Shown piece by piece: positions 48,677 to 55,962 of a DNA stretch of 64,000 nt (its first letter is position 1; every line of letters begins with the position of its first letter). The notes beneath the pieces are model-generated. The model ran no database searches, had not been told where the DNA came from, and saw only the letters and a program-made list of their open reading frames with translations. The translations under genes and the position numbers were made by a program. Origin of the DNA: an uncultured Thermoanaerobaculia bacterium (GTDB lineage Bacteria; Acidobacteriota; Thermoanaerobaculia; Multivoradales; JAGPDF01); NCBI GenBank assembly GCA_964476605.1, contig CAYZBH010000004.1, positions 704-64,703 on the forward strand, in the 5' to 3' direction.

Positions 48677-49234
48677 TTATTCGTCGTCCGGCATGTCGAC
48701 GGCTAAGTCGTACTCCCGCGACTCTCGAGCGTCCATGGTCACGAGGCGCCCACCGGCCCTGGAGAATTCTCGGGCTCCTGGCGAGACCCAGTAGGCACCC
48801 ACGCGCTCGAATCCGCGAGTGAGGGCTGCGAGAAAACCCTCGTAGAAACGGCCTGATCGACCGCTGCCGTGAAGCGTGGCGACACGTCCCGCGACGAGCG
48901 TGCGATCGCCGTGCAATCCACCGAAGCTGCAGATCAGGGCTAGCGGGTTCTCGCCCTGGTCGACGGCGAAGGTCAGTCGCCCGCCCCGCGGGACGAACCA
49001 CTGTCGCCGCAGCGGGCAAAAGCGAGGCAAGATGAGATAGTCGGGATCTTGGATATGAATCCCGGTGAGACTGTGCCCGAGGCCCGGGACTTCGTGAATC
49101 GCCCTCAACACGGGAACCCTCCAAGAGGAGTAGTGCCCGCACCGCACGAGCTTGATCCGTCTCGCGATCGCAGGGGCATCCAGCCGCTCCTTGATCTCGA
49201 CCCCCGTAGCGAAAAAGTTGAGTTGGCGCGTCAC
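48677..49234 (-). CDS. Hypothetical protein (cassette gene C), low-GC island
   Basis: 185 aa. Starts 13 bp after the stop of gene B. No family recognised. Contains an H-x-x-D (HIQD) motif. Confidence 0.45.
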   Translation of the reverse strand: MTRQLNFFATGVEIKERLDAPAIARRIKLVRCGHYSSWRVPVLRAIHEVPGLGHSLTGIHIQDPDYLILPRFCPLRRQWFVPRGGRLTFAVDQGENPLALICSFGGLHGDRTLVAGRVATLHGSGRSGRFYEGFLAALTRGFERVGAYWVSPGAREFSRAGGRLVTMDARESREYDLAVDMPDDE

Positions 49235-49247
49235 GAATCGAACCAGT

Positions 49248-49742
49248 CTAGGGCAACCACTCGAACTGCACCTGTTCTCCGTCCGGCACGTCGCGAAGTT
49301 GCTCGTGAATGTGGCCGGTGAAGCCGAGGTGCTTCCGCCAGTCGTTGGGAAAGAAGTTGTCGGTCTCGAGCCTCCCGCCGAGGACGGGGAGGAGCTTGGG
49401 GGAGTAGCACTGCCCTTCGGTGAGCGCGATTCCGTTCTCGCGGAGTTCCGCGACCAGGTCGGGAAGAAGCCAAGCGTTGGACACCTCGGCGCGCCGGAGT
49501 TGCTCGCGGAGCTCCTCTAGGCTCCTCGCCGCGCGCTCGAAGGTGCCGCCCATCGCGTCGAGGAAGAACACTTGCTCCCTTCGGAGGAGCCACGTCGGCC
49601 GGACCACGAAGAGGTCCCCCATCGCCGTCAGGAAGAGTGGCCTCGCGCGTCGCCCCACGAGCCACCGCCAGTTCGCGAGCGGATCGTCGGGCCCCGCGTC
49701 GGTGACGGATACGAAGAGATCGCGAAAGGCGAGCGGGATCAT
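49248..49742 (-). CDS. Hypothetical protein (cassette gene B), possibly DUF1851/Tdi1_C-like immunity-type domain
   Basis: 164 aa. GDLFVV...VFFLDAMGGT...LLPDLVAELRENGIALTEGQCYSPKLLPVLGG. The GQCY..K.P..LGG pattern matches my recollection of the DUF1851 family. Unverified. Confidence 0.45.
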   Translation of the reverse strand: MIPLAFRDLFVSVTDAGPDDPLANWRWLVGRRARPLFLTAMGDLFVVRPTWLLRREQVFFLDAMGGTFERAARSLEELREQLRRAEVSNAWLLPDLVAELRENGIALTEGQCYSPKLLPVLGGRLETDNFFPNDWRKHLGFTGHIHEQLRDVPDGEQVQFEWLP

Positions 49743-50242
49743 CCGGGGGCGAGAACGTCTGCGAGCTCGCGGCGGTAGGCCGCGACGAGCTGAAGAGAAC
49801 GGAGGATTGGGCGATGCTCGGGAACTGCGTTGCGCGCCGGGTGAGTGTCGCGTAGGGAAGCGAGGATCTCCCTGAGGAGTTCAGGAACGAGGAGCAACCG
49901 ACCGCCACCGATCTGCTTGACGTTGACCGTACTGGCGTACATGAGCACGGCGATTTGCTCGAGGTTCTTCGGCACCTTAAAGCCACTGAATAGGTCAGGT
50001 ACGTACTTTCGCCCCGCCGCGAACTTCCTCCGGAATCGAGCCTCACGCTTCTCCCAGCTCAGCGCATCGAGCGAGGGCTCGAGCTGAACGAGATGCCTTG
50101 TGTGCGGGTGGAATGCGACGACGTCGAGCTCGCACTCGTAGCCCCCCTTGGCCCGCTTGCCCACTAGGACGTTCCGCCGAACGAAGTAGCCCCGATGTTC
50201 GTACCACTCCGCGATCAGCTGTTCGAGGAAGTTCTGTGCCAT
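49739..50242 (-). CDS. Hypothetical protein (cassette gene A)
   Basis: Trimmed to MAQNFLEQ at 50242 (168 aa). Stop overlaps the start of gene B by 4 bp. Has a GGYECELDVVAF segment that is weakly nuclease-like. No confident family. Confidence 0.4.
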   Translation of the reverse strand: MAQNFLEQLIAEWYEHRGYFVRRNVLVGKRAKGGYECELDVVAFHPHTRHLVQLEPSLDALSWEKREARFRRKFAAGRKYVPDLFSGFKVPKNLEQIAVLMYASTVNVKQIGGGRLLLVPELLREILASLRDTHPARNAVPEHRPILRSLQLVAAYRRELADVLAPG

Positions 50243-50292
50243 TGGGGGCCTTTGGAAGGCGTGGCCGAGGCGGCCGCGACGTGATCGAGCCG

Positions 50293-51201
50293 CTACCCCT
50301 CTCCTTCGAAGTAATCGGAGTCGACACGTTTGAGTTGGTAGACGGCGCGCGGCGAAACGCCGAGATCGAAGTCGATCATGTACTCCGCGAGCTGGCGGCC
50401 GTCGATCAACACGACTCGAGGTTCGATTCGAGAGACGTAATCTTCTGCCTCGGCTGAGAAGACTCCAGTGGTGAGGAACACGCCCTTGCGAGCGCGCTTG
50501 CCATGAAGGGCGCCGACGAACTTCTGGATCTCGGGGCGCCCCACGGTGCCTTCCCATCTCTTTGCTTGGATGTAAATAGCCTCGAGGCCGAGACGATCCT
50601 CGCTGATTACTCCATCGATTCCCTCGTCGCCGGCCCCGCCAATGGCTCGGCCGGCTTCAGCGCGATCGCGCCCGTAGCCCATCTTGAGGAGAAGCTCGAC
50701 GACAAGCTGTTCGAAGAAGCTCGGAGTAGACGCCTTGACCCGATCGAGGAGCTCCGCGGCCAGCTTTGCCCGAATGGTCTGAAACGCGTGCTCGATGCGC
50801 TCCTCGGGCGTTTCTTCAGGCTCGGCGTCATTCCCTGCAACCGGCTTCTCGCGAGGCGCCTGATTCCTCCATGCTTGGAACTCCGGAAACTGAAGCAGAA
50901 AGCGCAGGTCGACACGATTGAGGCCACGCCCGACCACTTCGCGGCCACGCTCCGTGATCCGGAACTGGCCCTCCTTCGGCGACTCGAGCAGCAGCGCCCG
51001 CCCGAGGTGGACCTTGGCCCAGGCAACGCGATTGTCGAACCGCCTCGCGCGGGCACTCGGGAGCAGCTCGGCTCGGTCCTCCGGCGTGAGCGAGAACTCG
51101 GCGGCCAGATGTTCGCGCGCCTCTGCCATGGTGTGCACCAGCCCGTCGTCCGCGAAGCGCAGAAGAGGCAGCATGAGACTCTGAAAGTCAGGAATCGGCA
51201 T
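50293..51201 (-). CDS. mrr: Mrr-family type IV (modification-dependent) restriction endonuclease
   Basis: Mrr_N winged-helix N-terminus (MPIPDFQSLMLPLLRFADDG). Mrr_cat core: GDEGIDGV...EAIYIQAKRW (D...QxK variant). 302 aa. Confidence 0.85.
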   Translation of the reverse strand: MPIPDFQSLMLPLLRFADDGLVHTMAEAREHLAAEFSLTPEDRAELLPSARARRFDNRVAWAKVHLGRALLLESPKEGQFRITERGREVVGRGLNRVDLRFLLQFPEFQAWRNQAPREKPVAGNDAEPEETPEERIEHAFQTIRAKLAAELLDRVKASTPSFFEQLVVELLLKMGYGRDRAEAGRAIGGAGDEGIDGVISEDRLGLEAIYIQAKRWEGTVGRPEIQKFVGALHGKRARKGVFLTTGVFSAEAEDYVSRIEPRVVLIDGRQLAEYMIDFDLGVSPRAVYQLKRVDSDYFEGEG

Positions 51202-51430
51202 GCGGATACTTTATGTCTAACCCCCAAAGCGGCTGATGCGGTCGCCAGCCCAGGTGTAGTTCTTGGCCGCTAGGTTTCCTTAATGTTTGGACCTCGGCTT
51301 CCGGCCTTCGGCTTCGGAGGTGCGGAACCGCCTTTGACAACGATATTGGGGGGCGGCGTGGGCGGCTTGGTCGGTCTCGGCTTGGCGACTTCGCCTTTTG
51401 GCGGCTTCGTTGTAGTCATCTGGGTCTCCC

Positions 51431-51955
51431 TTAGGAAGGGGGGTGAACGCAGTCAAGAACACAGCGAATGCCTGCAATCAGAGCCAGAGCAAGGGCGAGA
51501 GCGACCCATCGACTTGCCGAATACAGACGCTCAGAGCGCAGGTTGTTGCTGTAAGCGTTCGCTGTAGCGGCTTCCACGAGACGGAGACGAAGATGTTCGG
51601 CGAATGCTGCATCTGCGTCGTAGTCCTTGGCGGTGTCCTGCTGGGCTTTGTAGTCCTGCAGCGCCTCGTAGTGCGCCAAGAGATCCTGCGCGGAGGCGAG
51701 GTGCTGCCAGCTAAAGCCGAGGTAGATGCGCACGATTTGCAGGATAGCTAGGACAAGCGAAAAGGCAGCGAGGGTGGCGATCCAGACCTGCATCCTGGGA
51801 GCTGTTTGCCCGCTTGCGGCGTAGACACGGTAGTACTGGGTGAACAGGCCTGCGACGAGCCCGATGCCTACAACCCGCAGGCCTGGTGCAGCGTCCAGTT
51901 GATTTCGCCGGTCCAGCTCTCGGAAGTGAAGTTCTTTTGCGAATTGTAGGTCCAT
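51431..51955 (-). CDS. Hypothetical 3-TM membrane protein with a central ~80-aa charged helical segment
   Basis: 174 aa. TM1: LRVVGIGLVAGLF. TM2: VWIATLAAFSLVLAILQIV. Charged segment: SWQHLASAQDLLAHYEALQDYKAQQDTAKDYDADAAFAEHLRLRL. TM3: VALALALALIAGI. First gene of the minus-strand string that includes mrr. Confidence 0.45.
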   Translation of the reverse strand: MDLQFAKELHFRELDRRNQLDAAPGLRVVGIGLVAGLFTQYYRVYAASGQTAPRMQVWIATLAAFSLVLAILQIVRIYLGFSWQHLASAQDLLAHYEALQDYKAQQDTAKDYDADAAFAEHLRLRLVEAATANAYSNNLRSERLYSASRWVALALALALIAGIRCVLDCVHPPS

Positions 51956-52303
51956 AGCCCCGCCAGAGTTTCGGATCGTGCCGACAACTAGCCGGTGAAG
52001 AGGTGTCGGGCATAGAGCCCTTCTTGCCGCCCAACGCCAGTTGCAGTCGCCAGCGTTTCTGCTGACCCTCCACTAGAGAGCATCGGGGTCTCAGGCGAGC
52101 TCGCCCGAGGCACCACAGGTTCGGGCGCCCGTGCCATTCGGGAAGGAATAAGAGTCGGGCCCGTGAAGCCAGCACTCTTCTTCTTCACGCTCATACCCTA
52201 TTAACGAACACCCCCCCCAAAACGGTCGCGACCCCTCGAAATTTCTTCGGAAGGGGCCGCGGGAGGTGTTTCGGGCCGATACGCCGACCGGGCTGGGGGG
52301 CGT

Positions 52304-54613
52304 CTACCCCCGGTACCGCACGCTCAGGGTGAAGCTCCTTCCGGGCTCGGGGACTTGGACGCCGGTGCGGAAGGGGTCGCGTTGGTAGGAGAGGTGCTCG
52401 CGGTAGGTGCGGTCGAAGAGGTTTTCGAGCGAGCCCAGGAGCCAGAACTTGCCGAGCTCGAGGCCGGCGCGGAGGTTGGCGATCTGCCAGGCGGGGGTGG
52501 GAGTCTCCTGGAGACCCGAGTCCACGCGCGTCTGCTTCGCGGCGGCGACCCCCTCGAGCTCCGCGTACCAGCGGCCGGGTTCGTAGCGGAGGGCGAGGCG
52601 GCCCGAGAGCGGCGAGATCTCCGGGAGATCCCGGTCCACGATGCCGAGCTCCGGGGCGACGTCCCGCGTGGCGCGGAGCCAGGCGATGCTCCCTGACAGG
52701 GCGAGGCGCTCGGCGAGCGGGAACGAGAACGACCCCTCCGCCCCCCAGAGGCGGGAGTCGTGGTTCACGAACGTGCGGGCGCGCGTGTTCATGACACCCG
52801 GGACCATCTCCAGGCGCGGACCGTTCACCACAGTCACCGCGTCGTTCAGTAGGGCGGCGAACGCCGAGAGCTCCACGTTCCAGCGCTCGCCGCCGAAACG
52901 GGTGCCGAGATCGAGCTCCGTCTGCCGCGGCGGCGCGAGCTCCGGATTCCCGACCCAGTCCGTCCCCATCCGGCGGAGCGCGAAATAGCGCTCCTGCGGA
53001 TCCGGCGCGCGCTCCGCGCTCCCGAGACGTGCCGAGAGCTCCAGATGGTCCGTCGGCGCGTAGACCAGGCCGAGGTGCGCCGAGGTCAGCGTGTCCGCGG
53101 CGGCCGTCGCGCGCGTGCGGTGGTAGGCGTAGTAGAGGTCAGCGTCCGCGAGGGCCGAGTCCGCCGTGCCGCGGGCGCGCTCTACCCGGAGACCGGCCTC
53201 CAGATGGAAGCGGCGGGGGAGCGGGCGCGCGAGCTCCGCGAAGAGCGCCGTGCCGTCGAGCCGCGTGCCCGGGAGGCTCGCCTGCGCGCGATAGCCCATC
53301 ATCGCGAGGCTCGTAGCCGCGTCCCACTCCCGCCGGAGCGATTCCAGACCGAGCCTGGGGCCGCTCGCGAACGTCGCCTCGCCGCGCGCGCTCCAGTCCT
53401 CCGAGCGTGCGTCCGTCGCCATCGAATAGGGGCGAGGAGCGGTGGCAGAGGAGACCCGCAGGCGGTCGTCCATCCGATGGTCCACGCGCGACCAGCCGAG
53501 GCTCGCGACCCAGGCGCGCACCGGGCCGGCCGAGCGCTCGGCTCGATAGGTCGCGCGGGCGCGCGTCGCGTCGTCCGTGCGCGCGTCCATCTGCAGATAG
53601 GGGTAGAGCTGCGAGTCGGCCTCCTGGCGCGTGGCTTTGATCTCCAGGCGGTGCCCCGGGCGGGCGATGAAGCCGGCGCCGAACCAGGCCGTGCCGACGT
53701 CAAAGGCGCGCGTGGCGCGCGCGGCCGCCCGGTAGGCGGCGGCGGCCGTGAGCGGGAGGAGCTCCGTGATCGCGCGCCCGTCGCCGTCCTCGTACGGATC
53801 GCCACGCCGGAGGGCGACGCCCGCGTCGAGGCTCAGGCGGTCGTCCGCCCAAGCGACATCCGCCGAGGGAGCGACGTAGCCGAAGGCGCCGGCGGCGACG
53901 CCCGCGTCGACGCGAAGCCCGGGCTCGGGCTTCCGCGAGAGGATCTCGATCGACCCCGCGAGGCCGCCGGTCGCGGCGTCGTTCGGGCCGCGGCGCACCT
54001 CGATCGCCTCGATCTCCGCGAAGTCGACGTGGAAGGCGGGGGGGTCCATCCGATTGGGGCAGGCGCCGTGCAGCGCGTGGCCGTCGATGCGGAGGGCGAG
54101 ATCGTCCCCCTTCCGGCCGCGGAGCACCACGTCGTTGGCGAGCCCCCCCTTGCGGACCATGGCGAGGCCGGGGAGCGCGGCGAGCGCTTCGCCGGCGTCG
54201 CGCGCCGCGCTCTCGCGGATCGTGCGGGCGGCGAGCGCGTCGCGGGAGTAGTTGGTGCGAACTTCAATCCCCTCCGCGAAGCGATCGAGCGGAAGGGTGA
54301 GCGTCACCGCCCCAGGCGCCCCGGCGGCGAGGTCGAGCGCGCTCTCGGGGAGGCCGCCGCCCGGGGGGTGCGCCACCAGGCGGCAGTCGGCCCCCGCGGG
54401 GAGCGGGGCGAGGAGACGCCCGAGCGCGTCGGCCGTGAGCCTCACCGGCGGGGCGTCCGGTGGACAGGCGACCTCGACGACCGCGCGGGATACCGGATCC
54501 CCGGCGCGGTCGACGACGCGGCCGGCGAGGCTGCGTGACTCCACGGCGGGCAGGGCGGCCGCGAGCGCGGGCGCGAGCAGGAGGACGGTGGCGGCAATGC
54601 GAGGGGCGAGCAT
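52304..54613 (-). CDS. TonB-dependent receptor with N-terminal carboxypeptidase-regulatory-like domain
   Basis: Signal peptide. LAGRVVDRAGDPVSRAVVEV (CarbopepD_reg-like). Plug: LPGLAMVRKGGLANDVVLRGRKGDDLALRIDGHALHGAC...IEVRRGP. Barrel. Confidence 0.75.
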   Translation of the reverse strand: MLAPRIAATVLLLAPALAAALPAVESRSLAGRVVDRAGDPVSRAVVEVACPPDAPPVRLTADALGRLLAPLPAGADCRLVAHPPGGGLPESALDLAAGAPGAVTLTLPLDRFAEGIEVRTNYSRDALAARTIRESAARDAGEALAALPGLAMVRKGGLANDVVLRGRKGDDLALRIDGHALHGACPNRMDPPAFHVDFAEIEAIEVRRGPNDAATGGLAGSIEILSRKPEPGLRVDAGVAAGAFGYVAPSADVAWADDRLSLDAGVALRRGDPYEDGDGRAITELLPLTAAAAYRAAARATRAFDVGTAWFGAGFIARPGHRLEIKATRQEADSQLYPYLQMDARTDDATRARATYRAERSAGPVRAWVASLGWSRVDHRMDDRLRVSSATAPRPYSMATDARSEDWSARGEATFASGPRLGLESLRREWDAATSLAMMGYRAQASLPGTRLDGTALFAELARPLPRRFHLEAGLRVERARGTADSALADADLYYAYHRTRATAAADTLTSAHLGLVYAPTDHLELSARLGSAERAPDPQERYFALRRMGTDWVGNPELAPPRQTELDLGTRFGGERWNVELSAFAALLNDAVTVVNGPRLEMVPGVMNTRARTFVNHDSRLWGAEGSFSFPLAERLALSGSIAWLRATRDVAPELGIVDRDLPEISPLSGRLALRYEPGRWYAELEGVAAAKQTRVDSGLQETPTPAWQIANLRAGLELGKFWLLGSLENLFDRTYREHLSYQRDPFRTGVQVPEPGRSFTLSVRYRG

Positions 54614-54703
54614 GGCAGTTCCTTTCCGCGAATCGCTCGCGAGGTTACCCGTTGCGCGCCCGAAACGGGGGCCTTAGCGCCCCAGTGCGTCGATATGCCG
54701 CAG

Positions 54704-55864
54704 TCAGCCGGCGTCAGGCTTGGTGCGCTCGACGATGACCAGCGTGAGGTCGTCGGCGAGCGGTTCGTCGCCGACGTGGGCCGCGAGGGTGGCCTGGATG
54801 CGCGCGTGCGTGGCCGCGGCGTCGCCGGCGCCGCCGAAGGCGGTGCGGAGTCGCTCGAAGCCGAAGGCCTGACCCGCTCCATTCATCGCCTCGAAGAGGC
54901 CGTCGGTGAAGAGGAGGAGGAGGTCGCCCGGCGCGAGCACGAGCGAGCCGACCGGCGGGGCGATCGTCTCGCCGACGCCGAGCGGGAACGAGCCCGCGGT
55001 GCCGGCCTCCTCGACCGTGCCGCCGGCGCGGCGGACGAACGGGAAGGGGTGTCCGGCGCAGACGTAGTCGAGGCGGCCGGTCGCGGGGTCGAGCAGTCCG
55101 AAGAAGAGGGTGAGGAAGGTGCGGCGGTTCCGCATGCGCCGTAGCGCGCGGTGCAGCGTTTGCGCGACCGACGGCGGATCCGGGTTCTGCTCGAGGGCGA
55201 TCTGCAGACTGGCGTCGGTGATCGCCATGATGAGCCCCGCCGCCATGCCGTGCCCGCTCGCGTCGGCGACGACGATCGCCAGGCGCCCGTCGGGGAGCGG
55301 CTCGAAGTGGTAGTAGTCGCCGCCGATCTCGTTGGCGGTCCGCCAGGAGTGGGCGAAGCGCCAGCCGGGGAGCTCCGGGCTCGCCTGCGGCAGGAGCTCC
55401 CGCTGCAGCTCGCGCGCCACCGAGAGCTCGTCGCGCACCAGTACCCGGTCGACCAGCTCCATCGCCAGCAGGTAGAGCAGCGCCGAGATGGCGAGCACGA
55501 AGAAGAAGGGGGAGGCGTCGAGCTGCAGATCGCGTCCGGCGTCGCCGTTCCAGACCACTCGGACCTGGAAGAGGCCGAGGAAGGTCGAGATCAGGGCGCC
55601 GGCGAAGAGGAGGCGGCGCCCCGGCGTGAGCTTCTGCGAGATGCTGAGGAAGAGCGCCTTGGCGCGCAGGAAGTAGCGCCGACCGCGCCGCCGCTCCGAC
55701 TCCGGATCGGGCTGATCGCGCATCAGCACCGAGTAGGCGCGGCTGGCGTCGCGGTCGACCAGGCGCCGGATCTCCCCGGCGTTCATCCCCTCCGTGTACT
55801 CCTGAAAGAAGCCGCGCGCCCGGGAGAGGCGCGACCGTCGGGGGGCTCGGGAGCGGGCGCTCAC
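54704..55864 (-). CDS. Membrane-anchored PP2C-type (SpoIIE/RsbU-like) serine phosphatase
   Basis: Two TM helices, then the PPM catalytic region: GGDYYHF...AIVVADASGHGMAAGL...DGLFEA...DDLTLVIV. Confidence 0.75.
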   Translation of the reverse strand: MSARSRAPRRSRLSRARGFFQEYTEGMNAGEIRRLVDRDASRAYSVLMRDQPDPESERRRGRRYFLRAKALFLSISQKLTPGRRLLFAGALISTFLGLFQVRVVWNGDAGRDLQLDASPFFFVLAISALLYLLAMELVDRVLVRDELSVARELQRELLPQASPELPGWRFAHSWRTANEIGGDYYHFEPLPDGRLAIVVADASGHGMAAGLIMAITDASLQIALEQNPDPPSVAQTLHRALRRMRNRRTFLTLFFGLLDPATGRLDYVCAGHPFPFVRRAGGTVEEAGTAGSFPLGVGETIAPPVGSLVLAPGDLLLLFTDGLFEAMNGAGQAFGFERLRTAFGGAGDAAATHARIQATLAAHVGDEPLADDLTLVIVERTKPDAG

Positions 55865-55962
55865 ACTCCCATCTTACGAGGTGGGGAAGGAAGGGTTCTC
55901 GGGCGGTGGGAACGGCACGCCGCCGTTGGATAAGCTCTTCCGCGTTCGCGGGAGGTGGTGGC

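Noticed and set aside
52196-52300. Hairpin CCCCTTCCGAAGAAATTTCGAGGGG (minus-strand sense) downstream of the TBDR gene as a terminator
   Set aside because: Only a 5-bp stem plus wobble. No U-tract (followed by TCGCGACCG then a G-run). Too weak to call.
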